A DNA stretch of 64,000 nt from an uncultured Clostridia bacterium (GTDB lineage: Bacteria; Bacillota; Clostridia; TANB77; CAG-508). The position numbers and the translations under genes were made by a program. The notes under the pieces were generated by a model. The model made no database searches and was not told where the DNA came from. It saw nothing but the letters and a program-made list of their open reading frames with translations. The DNA is taken from NCBI GenBank assembly GCA_934149165.1, contig CAKPDY010000005.1, forward strand, positions 7,046 to 71,045, read 5' to 3'. Below are positions 42,402-52,010 of this stretch, piece by piece. How positions within the stretch are numbered: the first letter of the stretch is position 1; the number at the start of each line of letters is the position of its first letter.

Positions 42402-42708
42402 TAAATAAATTTTTTACTTTATTATTTATTCTATTTTCTATTTTTTCTTTTTCATTTTCGTCTAATTCATATTTGTTATTAACAAATTTTAATACATCTC
42501 CTTCCACAGCTTGTTTTGGTAATTTATTTTTATTAATATTTAGCATTATTCCAGTTTTTCTATTTTCGCAAACTGCAAAATCACCTTCAAATCTATCAAT
42601 AACTAATATATTCTCTTTTTCTAATTTATTTTTTATAGAGTTTATAAGGTCTTGTATAAGACTTCTCTTTTCATCTATATTCACATCATTTTCTATATTA
42701 TTGTGCAT
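42394..42708 (-). CDS. DUF3006-like small protein
   Basis: About 100-aa protein overlapping the start of the MBL gene, which is the usual DUF3006-MBL pairing. Confidence 0.5.
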   Translation of the reverse strand: MHNNIENDVNIDEKRSLIQDLINSIKNKLEKENILVIDRFEGDFAVCENRKTGIMLNINKNKLPKQAVEGDVLKFVNNKYELDENEKEKIENRINNKVKNLFND

Positions 42709-42788
42709 AGACAGCCTCCTTTTGTTTACTGCCCCATATATTATGATATAATGATATATTATTTTTATTGGTTTGTCTATATTTCTAT

Positions 42789-44105
42789 TTAATTATTTTT
42801 TAGTATTTTTATTGTATCATCTATTGTTGTAGTAATCTGTTCACCTGTTACCATATTCTTTAAAGACAATTTATTTTCTTTAATTTCATCTTCTCCTATT
42901 ACAATAACATATGGAACATTTAATTTACTTGCATATTTAAATTGATTTTTTATTTTAGCTTTATTAGTATATATTTGTGTATTAATACCTTCATTTCTTA
43001 ACTTTGTTGCAATCTCTATACTTTTTGAAAAATCATCTATCATTGAAATAATTAAAACCTTTGAAATTGAAGTATTTTCAATTTCAATTATTTTTTTATC
43101 TGTTAATTGAAAAAACAATCTTGTTAATCCTATTGAAATTCCTACTCCTGGCAATTTCTTATCTGTATAATACTCTGCTAAATTATCATACCTTCCACCA
43201 GAACACACACTTCCTAAGTTTCTATATTCATTTAAAAAAGTTTCATATACTGTTCCTGTATAATAATCTAATCCTCTTGCTATTGTTAAATCTATTTTAT
43301 AATTTTCTACTGGAACTCCAAATAAATTAATATTTTTTGCAACTTCTTCTAGTTCATTTACCCCTAATTCAAATAATTCATTATTTATTTTTAAATTTCG
43401 TAATGATTGAATTGTATATTGTATATCTCCACTAATTGAAATAAAATTCATAATAATTTCTATTTTATTTTCTTCTACACCTAAATCATTAATTTCTTTA
43501 ATTACATTTTCTTTTCCTATTTTATCAATTTTATCTATAATTCTTAAAATATCTACAGATTTTTCTCTTAATTCAAGTGATTCAAATAATCCATTTAATA
43601 TTTTTCTATTATTAATACTTATTGTAAAATTATTAAATCCTAATTCTTTAAATGTGGCATATATAATACTTGGTATTTCTGCATCATTTATTAAACTTAA
43701 TTCATTTTCCCCGATTATGTCTATATCGCATTGATAAAATTCACGAAATCTACCTTTTTGTGCCTTTTCACCTCTATACACTTTTCCAATTTGATATCTT
43801 CTAAAAGGGAAGTTAATATGTGCATAATTTTCTGTTACATATTTTGCAAGTGGAACTGTTAAATCAAACCTTAATGATAAATCTGATTCACCTTTATTAA
43901 ACCTATATATTTGTTTTTCTGTTTCACCACCTGCTTTTGCTAATAAAACTTCTGATGATTCTATTACTGGTGTATCTAATGGTAAAAATCCAAATTTTTC
44001 ATATGTTTTTTGTATTTTTTCTTTCATTTGATTAAATACTATTTGTTCATTTGGTAATAATTGCATAAAACCTGGCAATGTTCTTGGTGTTACTTTTTCG
44101 CTCAT
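42789..44105 (-). CDS. hisS: Histidine--tRNA ligase
   Basis: Class II aaRS motifs (YRFNKGESDLSLRFDLTVP, FREFYQCDID, GGRYD) and a C-terminal anticodon-binding domain. Confidence 0.88.
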   Translation of the reverse strand: MSEKVTPRTLPGFMQLLPNEQIVFNQMKEKIQKTYEKFGFLPLDTPVIESSEVLLAKAGGETEKQIYRFNKGESDLSLRFDLTVPLAKYVTENYAHINFPFRRYQIGKVYRGEKAQKGRFREFYQCDIDIIGENELSLINDAEIPSIIYATFKELGFNNFTISINNRKILNGLFESLELREKSVDILRIIDKIDKIGKENVIKEINDLGVEENKIEIIMNFISISGDIQYTIQSLRNLKINNELFELGVNELEEVAKNINLFGVPVENYKIDLTIARGLDYYTGTVYETFLNEYRNLGSVCSGGRYDNLAEYYTDKKLPGVGISIGLTRLFFQLTDKKIIEIENTSISKVLIISMIDDFSKSIEIATKLRNEGINTQIYTNKAKIKNQFKYASKLNVPYVIVIGEDEIKENKLSLKNMVTGEQITTTIDDTIKILKNN

Positions 44106-44241
44106 ATATATTTATCCTCCTATTTGTTAATTTTAAATGTATGTTATTACATTTTTCATTTTTTGTCAATTTACTATGTATTATATCATATTTTTATTTT
44201 TGTGTAAACAGTTGTTTGTAATTTTAAGCAAAAAATTATTC

Positions 44242-44275
44242 TTTAACACTTTTTATTGTAGAATAGGCTGAAAAG
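44242..44275 (+). repeat. Intergenic motif copy C (TTTAACACTTTTTATTGTAGAATAGGCTGAAAAG)
   Basis: Lies in the divergent region between hisS and the deacetylase gene. Confidence 0.6.
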
Positions 44276-44361
44276 TATTAAATATAACGAAAAAACTATT
44301 TAAAATTTAACACATATATGTTATACTTCACCTAATTAAAACTAAAAAGGAGGAATCAACA

Positions 44362-45237
44362 TTGAAAAAATTTCTAATTTTACTTATTGCATTAATTATA
44401 CTTGCACTTATACTAGTACCAACATTATTTAAAACAACAAACACACCAAACACAACTCAAGACGAATTAATAAAAAATGCAACAAACACAGAACAAAACG
44501 AAACAATACAAGAACCACAAATTTCCCAAACAGAAAAAATTAATCAACAACGTAAAACATGCTCAGAAATTACAACATCAAGAAACTTACCAGTATTAAT
44601 GTATCACTTTTTTTATGATGAACAAGCAGGTGAAACAGGTTCAGACAACAACTTTATGGAAATTCACAATTTTGAAAACCAAATCAAATACTTAGCAGAA
44701 AACAATTATTATGTACCATCTTGGTCAGAAGTAAAAGACTTTGTAGACGGAAAAATAGGATTACCTGAAAAAAGTGTTGTTATTACTGTTGATGATGGTG
44801 ATGAATCATTTTTCAGATTAGCAGTACCAGTTTTAGAAAAATATAATTTTTATTCTACATCATTTTTAATAACCTCATGGTACGCAAATTGCATACAACA
44901 ATACACTTCACCAGTAGTTGATTTTCAATCACATTCACACAACATGCATATTCCTGGTTCAGATGGAAAAGGTGCATTTTTAACATTATCTTATAATGAC
45001 GCGTGTACTGATTTAAACACTTCACGTTCTATAATTGGCGAAAATTGTAAAGTTTTCTGTTACCCTTTTGGTCATTATAACTCAAATGTAGAAAAAACTT
45101 TACAAGATTGTAATTATATTTTGGCATTTACTACAAAATATGGGCGTGTTTCACCTAACTCGAATTGTTATGAACTACCTAGAATACGTATGTCTAAAAG
45201 TGATTCATTAAATTCATTTATAAAAAAAGTAGAATAA
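44362..45237 (+). CDS. Polysaccharide deacetylase (NodB homology domain), membrane-anchored
   Basis: TTG start 8 nt after AAGGAGG. VVITVDDGDESFF and HSHSHNMH motifs. Confidence 0.75.
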   Translation: MKKFLILLIALIILALILVPTLFKTTNTPNTTQDELIKNATNTEQNETIQEPQISQTEKINQQRKTCSEITTSRNLPVLMYHFFYDEQAGETGSDNNFMEIHNFENQIKYLAENNYYVPSWSEVKDFVDGKIGLPEKSVVITVDDGDESFFRLAVPVLEKYNFYSTSFLITSWYANCIQQYTSPVVDFQSHSHNMHIPGSDGKGAFLTLSYNDACTDLNTSRSIIGENCKVFCYPFGHYNSNVEKTLQDCNYILAFTTKYGRVSPNSNCYELPRIRMSKSDSLNSFIKKVE

Positions 45238-45338
45238 GTTTAAATTTTCATATTTACTTTCAATAAATAATAATATATACTTACATTATGAATAAGTATT
45301 TTTAATAATTTTGTATATACTAATAAACGGAGGAACAT

Positions 45339-45920
45339 ATGGAAAAAATAGTAAACAAAAAAATATCTAAAGATATTATTCTTAATTTTGTACCCTATAT
45401 TTTTTGTTTTTTTATATTTTCATTTTTAGGTTGGGTAATGGAAACTGCATTTTGTTATGGATTATTAGGTCAATACACAAAAAGAGGATTTTTATATTCT
45501 CCAATATGCCCTATTTATGGTACTGGAGCACTTATTTTGACTATATATTTAGATAAAACAACTACACATAAAAACTACAGTACTTTAAAAAATTATATTA
45601 AATTTTTTATTTTATTTACTATAGTATTCTCATTTTTTGAATATTTAGTAGGCTTTGCCCTTGATGCTCTTTTTTCTGCACGATGGTGGGATTATTCAGA
45701 TAGTAAATATAATTTAAATGGAAGAATTACATTATTTAATTCTTTTTGTTGGGGAGTAATAACAGTTCTTTTTGTACGCTTTATATATCCTTTAATTAAA
45801 AAATTTAATAAAAAAATAATTTCAAAAATTCCTAACAAACTTCAAATTATGCTATCTATAATTTTCTTATGTGGAATTTTAGTTGATTTTATAATGTCTT
45901 GTATTAAATACTTAAAATAA
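45339..45920 (+). CDS. Polytopic membrane protein, PF06541 (putative ABC-transporter type IV / CmpB-like) family
   Basis: GWVMETAFCYG...YSPICPIYGTGA motif. Confidence 0.55.
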   Translation: MEKIVNKKISKDIILNFVPYIFCFFIFSFLGWVMETAFCYGLLGQYTKRGFLYSPICPIYGTGALILTIYLDKTTTHKNYSTLKNYIKFFILFTIVFSFFEYLVGFALDALFSARWWDYSDSKYNLNGRITLFNSFCWGVITVLFVRFIYPLIKKFNKKIISKIPNKLQIMLSIIFLCGILVDFIMSCIKYLK

Positions 45921-45947
45921 AGCACAATGCAAATTGCCTTGTGCTTT
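45919..45947 (+). terminator. Hairpin plus T-run
   Basis: AAAGCACAA-N11-TTGTGCTTT is followed by ATTTTATTTTTT. Confidence 0.6.
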
Positions 45948-45950
45948 ATT

Positions 45951-46541
45951 TTATTTTTTATAACTAATAGCCAATCCATCACCAACTTCTAAAATTTCTG
46001 TATCTAAATTAGCATCTTCATTAACTCTAGCAATATATTCCCTTAAGTTTCTTACTGCAGTACGTTGCTTATGTTTATTATAATCACTCATAACATAACC
46101 TTTATATAAAACATTATCTGCAATTATTACACCATTATCATTAATCATACGTAATGCCTGCTCTAAGAAAAATGGATATTTTCCTTTTGCTGCATCAATA
46201 AACACTACATCATATTTATTATTTAATGTAGGCAAAATTTCTACAGCATCACCTTCATACAAATGAATTATATTGTCAACACCAACATTTTTAAAGTTTA
46301 ATTTTGCTTCTTGTATTCTTTCTTCATCTCTTTCAATTGTATCAATATATCCATTTTCTGTTAGATATTCTGAAAAACACATTGCTGAATATCCAACAGC
46401 TGCACCTATTTCAAGTATTTTGTTAGGTCTTACTTTTTTTAAAATATTTGCAATTACTTCTAAAGTATCATCCATTATTATAGGAACATTATTTTGTAAA
46501 GCTTTTTGTTTAACTTTTTCTAATTCTTCTTTATTTAACAT
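45951..46541 (-). CDS. Class I SAM-dependent O-methyltransferase (YrrM/TrmR-like)
   Basis: ILEIGAAVGYSA SAM-binding motif, VFIDAAK, and the length and layout of the O-methyltransferase family 3. Confidence 0.7.
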   Translation of the reverse strand: MLNKEELEKVKQKALQNNVPIIMDDTLEVIANILKKVRPNKILEIGAAVGYSAMCFSEYLTENGYIDTIERDEERIQEAKLNFKNVGVDNIIHLYEGDAVEILPTLNNKYDVVFIDAAKGKYPFFLEQALRMINDNGVIIADNVLYKGYVMSDYNKHKQRTAVRNLREYIARVNEDANLDTEILEVGDGLAISYKK

Positions 46542-46581
46542 TTTTATAATTTTCCCTCCGTTGCCACTTCATATTTTCTAA

Positions 46582-47775
46582 TTATCCAACACTAACTTTA
46601 CCATAAACTCCGCCTCCGCCAGCTTGAATATTTATATTACCAGAACATGCATTAGAAATAGTATTTGCAGCCTTTGTGCCAACAACACCTTCAATATCAT
46701 CTTTTGATAATTTATGTAAAATATTCATTTCAGTATCAAAACTATCTAATAATTTATTTATAGTTTTTGGTCCTAAACCAGGCATAAAAGTTAATGGAAT
46801 TTGATATATATATGGTGGTCTAAAAGAAGGACTTTTTGTTTCTTTTTTATCTTTTATTACTTCTATTCTATCAAAAACTCCCATTGTAATATTAGAACTA
46901 TCACAATTTGGACATTGTAATACAGGTGCTACCCCCTCAACTGGTTTTCCGCATTTTTCACAAAATGTTCTATGATATTTTCCAAGTTTTGGGTCTAATC
47001 CATAATTTGCTAAAATTCTTCTACCACCTTCATTTTTCAAAGCCATTATTAATTCTTTAAAACTTATGTCTTGTAATAAAATTTTATTATATTCTCTAGC
47101 TATTTTAGGTAATGAATGTGCATCAGAATTTGTTATAAATGTTTTTGTTTCTAATTCTGAAATCTCATCGGCTAAAAATGTGTCTGAACTTAAACCTAAT
47201 TCTATAGCTGGAATTTTACTAAACTTTTCTTTAAATATTTTTGATAACCTATCTGTACAATTTCCATAAAAACTTTTATGTGGTGTAAATACATGTGCTG
47301 GAATTAATACACCATTATATTTTTCAACAATATCAACTAATTCATATGCTGATATATTAGCTCTTTGTGAACTTAATGTAATATTTTTTATATGTGTACT
47401 CATTTCTTTTGAAAAAGCTTTTATATCTTTTAAACTTGGAAAATAGCAAAGATTATGTGCACTTCCAGTTTTTCCTTCATCATTTATTTCAGATGTTTCT
47501 ATTTCACTTCCTAAAATTATACAAACCTTATCTTTATAAATAATTCCTCCATCAGCTATTTCATATGCTTCACCTGTTTCCAAAAAATTTTCTATATCTT
47601 CTATTACATATGGTGATGCACAGTCTATTATTCCTACAACACTAATTCCTTTTCTATCAACACATTCTTTTGCTATGTTAGCAAAATTTAAAGACCTTGC
47701 TGCTGTTATTTTTATTGGTTTTCCGTTTTCAGACCTTCCTATATGTACATGTAAATCTGCAAAAATTTCGTTCAT
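46582..47775 (-). CDS. PHP-domain protein with zinc finger, endonuclease Q-like (TIGR00375 family)
   Basis: DLHVHIGRS PHP start and CEKCGK...CPNCDS zinc ribbon. Confidence 0.55.
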   Translation of the reverse strand: MNEIFADLHVHIGRSENGKPIKITAARSLNFANIAKECVDRKGISVVGIIDCASPYVIEDIENFLETGEAYEIADGGIIYKDKVCIILGSEIETSEINDEGKTGSAHNLCYFPSLKDIKAFSKEMSTHIKNITLSSQRANISAYELVDIVEKYNGVLIPAHVFTPHKSFYGNCTDRLSKIFKEKFSKIPAIELGLSSDTFLADEISELETKTFITNSDAHSLPKIAREYNKILLQDISFKELIMALKNEGGRRILANYGLDPKLGKYHRTFCEKCGKPVEGVAPVLQCPNCDSSNITMGVFDRIEVIKDKKETKSPSFRPPYIYQIPLTFMPGLGPKTINKLLDSFDTEMNILHKLSKDDIEGVVGTKAANTISNACSGNINIQAGGGGVYGKVSVG

Positions 47776-47814
47776 TTATATTTCTCCTTTATCTTATATT
47801 TTTTGTTAAATTTA

Positions 47815-49054
47815 TTAAATATCATTAATAATCATATTTTTTGTAAAATCTAAATTAGCCATAGAATCCCCCCTATAGCCCAAAGTATATACATTTGTAG
47901 CAAAAATATCAATATCAAGCATTCTTTTGTAAGTTTTATTTGTATTATTATCTAAAAATCTTTTAACAGATGTTATAACCTCCATTTTAGGATTATTTTG
48001 GGCTATTCCAGATAATAGTAATTTTCCTTTTTTATTAAATCCTAAAACTCTTGCATATGGAACCACCTTTTTAGCTAATTGAACATCTTTTTTCGTAATT
48101 CCAAGTAATGCAAATATTAATATTCTTTGAATTCTAGTTTGAGTATACCTTTTTGTTTTTACAATATTAATAAAATCATATATATTATTGCAAAAGTTTG
48201 CTGCATTTTTTATTGTATTTTCTAACCCTTCAGTAACATCTGGTAAATCAGCAATTTGTGGTATTGTCATTTTTCTTAACACATAAAAAATTTCTTTTTC
48301 AAATTTTTGAATATCAAAAATAACATTTCCAATTTCAAACTCTTTTCTTACAGTTTCATAACATTCACATGGCATAACTTTTCTTAACCCTTGAAAATCT
48401 TTATTCATAAGCATTTTTCTAATTGCAGTTGCACTTGCAAAATCATCTACAATTTTATTATCATTATAATAAACTTTTTCTCTTTTTATTGAAACAGGTG
48501 ATATTGTACTTTTATTTATTTTCAAAGCTTTTAAATATTCTACACCTAAAATATTATTTGGATTATTCAATATATTTTTATATCTAATATCATCATTAAA
48601 AAATCTAATTAAAGCATTTTCTCTTGCTTTTGGAAAAGAAGCACCCATTTTTAGTTCTTCTTTTAAAAATGATACATATTCTTTCGGTTCATCAGTTATT
48701 ATTGATGCAATATTATTTAAAGCTGCAAAATCTGATGTTTCTGTTCCAAATGAAATAGTATCTACTACCTTTAAATTTTCTAGCAATCTTACAGCACCGT
48801 GAAGCAAAATTTTCAGCACTTGCAACACTATACACTGTAGGTAATTCTAATACTAAATCAACTCCATTTTGTAAAGCCATTTTAGCCTTTGTCCATTTAT
48901 CAACTATAGATGTATTCCCTCTTTGAACAAAATTACCACTCATTATACATATTGTATATTGTGCTCCTGTTAATTCTTTTGTTTTTTGTATATGATATAA
49001 ATGGCCATTATGAAATGGGTTATATTCTGCTATTATTCCTAATACTTCACTCAT
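47815..49054 (-). CDS. tmcAL: tRNA(Met) cytidine acetate ligase (TmcAL / YlbM family), reading frame broken at an in-frame CGG
   Basis: The N-terminal fragment [21 protein letters not shown]...[17 protein letters not shown] and the C-terminal ORF ...[19 protein letters not shown] overlap in different frames. Skipping the C at 48799 gives AENFAS[G]AVRLLENL, colinear with the family. Confidence 0.8.
48797..48799 (-). other. In-frame CGG at a +1 frame junction (tmcAL)
   Basis: Frame 0 reads ttt gct tca CGG tgc tgt aag ... and reaches a stop after 28 codons. The +1 frame reads GGT GCT GTA AGA TTG. The CGG is 85 codons from the ATG at 49054. Confidence 0.8.
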
Positions 49055-49162
49055 TTTATGTTATTTTTCACCTTCATTCTTTTTTATAAATCTTGCATAT
49101 ATAAGACTTTACTGTTATAATATCATAAACAAAATAAACAAACAATAGAAAGGGTAAAAAAA

Positions 49163-49600
49163 ATGGAAGAAGTTACAATTTATACAGATGGTGCATGTTC
49201 TGGTAATCCTGGACCTGGTGGTTGGGGAACAATTTTAATGTATAAAAATAATAAAAAAGAAATATCTGGTGGTTGCAAAAATACAACAAACAACATAATG
49301 GAAATAACTGCTGTTATTGAAGGATTAAAACTTTTAAAATTTCCATGCACAGTTAATCTTTATAGTGATAGTGCTTATGTAATAAACTGTTTTAATCAAG
49401 GTTGGATTTATAACTGGATAAAAAAGGGTTGGAAAACTTCTAATAATGAACCTGTTAAGAATAGAGAATTATGGGAGGAATTATATAATTTAACTAAAAT
49501 TCACAAAGTTAATTTTATAAAGGTTAAAGGACATAGTGATAATGAATTTAATAATAGATGTGATGAATTAGCTAGAAATGCTATAAAAAATTATAATTAA
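49163..49600 (+). CDS. rnhA: Ribonuclease HI
   Basis: [17 protein letters not shown] and the conserved D/E/D/D pattern in 145 aa. Confidence 0.9.
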   Translation: MEEVTIYTDGACSGNPGPGGWGTILMYKNNKKEISGGCKNTTNNIMEITAVIEGLKLLKFPCTVNLYSDSAYVINCFNQGWIYNWIKKGWKTSNNEPVKNRELWEELYNLTKIHKVNFIKVKGHSDNEFNNRCDELARNAIKNYN

Positions 49601-49619
49601 AAAATTTTTAAACATACAA

Positions 49620-49660
49620 AAATGAGATTTGAGTTTAAATTATAACTCAAATCTCATTTT
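49620..49660. terminator. Bidirectional terminator hairpin
   Basis: AAAATGAGATTTGAGTT...AACTCAAATCTCATTTT. Confidence 0.7.
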
Positions 49661-49673
49661 TTATAATTAATTT

Positions 49674-50768
49674 TTATTCCATTTCAAAAAATGATTTAAG
49701 TATTCCTTTTTTTAATAATTCTTCAAATATATTTGACAAAATTAACAAAATAATTGGACCTATCATTAAACCTAAAACACCTGCTAATCTAAATCCTGTA
49801 TACATTCCAATTAATGTAAAAATTGGATGCATTCCCATTTGTTTACTAACCATTTTAGGTTCTATAAATTGTTTTAAAATTGCCCAAACTCCCCATATTG
49901 ATGCAACAACTATAGCAAGTGGTATATTTCCTATAAAAGCCAAATATACTGCCCATGGTATCATTACAGTACCTGCTCCAAATAGTGGTAATAAATCTAC
50001 AAATCCAATAATAGTAGCCATTAAAATTGGATATTTTATATCTAGTCCTACTAAATCAGTTATTATTAAACCTACAAGAACTAATATAAAACATATAAAT
50101 GATAATTTTGCTTCTGCTTTTATATAATTCCATGTTACTTTGCACATTTCATTATAAATTTCTTTAACTTTTTCCACCCATTTTTTTGGAACTTGATTTT
50201 TTATTTGATTAGTTACATATTTTCTGTCTAAACATGTAAAAATTATAGCTAAAATAGTAATAACTACATATGTAATTATTGTTGGAATTGATGTAGCTTT
50301 TGTAATCATATATTTTCCAATATTTATTGCACCATTTTTTAAAGCTTCTATTATTCCACCAGTAGATTCTTTTGCCAAATCTACCATTTGATGTGGTATT
50401 ATTGTTCTTCCTTCTTGCACTTCATTTAAAAAGTCCATAGAATAATTATATAATCCAACAAAGTAATCATTTGAATTTTCAATTAAATTTTTACACTCTG
50501 AAATTAATTTTGTTATACCTAATGTTAATAAAGTTCCAATTATAGAAAACACCAACACTAATGATATAATACAGGCCATTTTTCTTTTCATTTTACACTT
50601 TTGCATAAAAAAGTTCACTATTGGTTCAATAGACATTGATACTAATATGGCTATTATAAATGGTAAATAAAACATTGCTAATTTATATGCTAAAAATAAT
50701 GCTACTATACAAAAAATTACTACTAATAATTTAATACCTATTTTTTTATAATACTTATTTTTTTCCAT
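49674..50768 (-). CDS. AI-2E family transporter / sporulation membrane protein YtvI-like
   Basis: Eight-TM permease with the AI-2E (PerM) layout and a YtvI-like N-terminus. Confidence 0.65.
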   Translation of the reverse strand: MEKNKYYKKIGIKLLVVIFCIVALFLAYKLAMFYLPFIIAILVSMSIEPIVNFFMQKCKMKRKMACIISLVLVFSIIGTLLTLGITKLISECKNLIENSNDYFVGLYNYSMDFLNEVQEGRTIIPHQMVDLAKESTGGIIEALKNGAINIGKYMITKATSIPTIITYVVITILAIIFTCLDRKYVTNQIKNQVPKKWVEKVKEIYNEMCKVTWNYIKAEAKLSFICFILVLVGLIITDLVGLDIKYPILMATIIGFVDLLPLFGAGTVMIPWAVYLAFIGNIPLAIVVASIWGVWAILKQFIEPKMVSKQMGMHPIFTLIGMYTGFRLAGVLGLMIGPIILLILSNIFEELLKKGILKSFFEME

Positions 50769-50782
50769 TATTTTCTCCTTTT

Positions 50783-51838
50783 TTATCTTATTTTATCTGA
50801 ACTATTAATATCTATATTATTTTGCATATTTATTGCACTTGTTTCTGCTATATATGAATTTTTGTTAACATTTTTACCTGTTTCTTTTAAATTTTGTTTA
50901 AAAGCATTAATTTTATTTATTAAATTGTTGTTTTTATCTAAACTTATTGAACTGTATATTTTCTGTTGTTTATGTGACCTTTGTGTTTCTATAAATTTTT
51001 CTATTCCTTGAATAATTGTATTTTTAGGTTTTTGTATTACTTTTCTTCTTTTATTATCAAATATTACTAATTCATTAGAAATTCTATCAGCTCTTGCCAT
51101 TTTCTTCATATTTTTATTTTCTATTTCTGTAAATTTACCAGTTTTTAAATTTCTATTTAACTCATATTTAATTTTAAAAGGTTTGTAAATACTATTTCCA
51201 TCAAGTACTTCTCTTATATACATTTTAGCATAATCCATTTTTCCTTCTTTTAAGAAAATACGAATAATATCTGGATTTAACTTATATATTTTTTCTTCAT
51301 CAACTTTTAATTCTTTAAAAACATTAATACCATAATTTTGCCTTTTCAACTCATTTAAAATTACTTGCCTTTTATAAGCTAAGTTTGTAATATTTTTTAT
51401 ATTATAATTTATTGTTTTAGTTTTTCTTCCATGTTCATAATATGATATTTCATATTTTCCTTTATTTGAATTATATTTTATTAACATTTTTAATCCATCA
51501 TTTTTTATGTTACTTCTTTTTGTTTGTAATTTTAAATTTTTTAGTGATAATTTTGAATATGCTTCTGTTATTTTTTTATTTACATATGGATCTGTATAAT
51601 AATTGTTTTTATCACAGTATTTTTTATATTTTTGTTTTACCTCTCCTATTGTTTTTATTAATTCTTCTATATTTTTATTTTTAGTATTTTCATTAAGCTC
51701 TACTAATTTTTTTAGATAATAGCTTGTTTGTAAACTGCTTATTGTGTTTATTTTTATATTAAAACTTTTTTCTATTTTTTCCTTTGTTTTATTTAATTCT
51801 TTTTCATATGATGATTGTTCTTCCATAACTTTATACAT
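50783..51838 (-). CDS. Hypothetical Lys/Asn-rich protein
   Basis: Long uninterrupted ORF with no family I recognise. The start is uncertain (51886, 51838 or 51826). Confidence 0.45.
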   Translation of the reverse strand: MYKVMEEQSSYEKELNKTKEKIEKSFNIKINTISSLQTSYYLKKLVELNENTKNKNIEELIKTIGEVKQKYKKYCDKNNYYTDPYVNKKITEAYSKLSLKNLKLQTKRSNIKNDGLKMLIKYNSNKGKYEISYYEHGRKTKTINYNIKNITNLAYKRQVILNELKRQNYGINVFKELKVDEEKIYKLNPDIIRIFLKEGKMDYAKMYIREVLDGNSIYKPFKIKYELNRNLKTGKFTEIENKNMKKMARADRISNELVIFDNKRRKVIQKPKNTIIQGIEKFIETQRSHKQQKIYSSISLDKNNNLINKINAFKQNLKETGKNVNKNSYIAETSAINMQNNIDINSSDKIR

Positions 51839-51917
51839 CCCCCTATCTTTATAATTATAACATTTATTTATTTTCATTACAATCATTTTTTTATTTTTTC
51901 CTGATTTTTTATTACTG

Positions 51918-51951
51918 TTTAATACTTTTTATTATAAAGTAGACTAAAAAG
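51918..51951 (+). repeat. Intergenic motif copy D (TTTAATACTTTTTATTATAAAGTAGACTAAAAAG)
   Basis: Lies in the divergent region between the hypothetical gene and asnB. Confidence 0.6.
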
Positions 51952-52010
51952 CTAAGAAACATTTTGCAAACCTTAGCATATAATACTTATACTAGGAGGT
52001 ACTAAAAATT

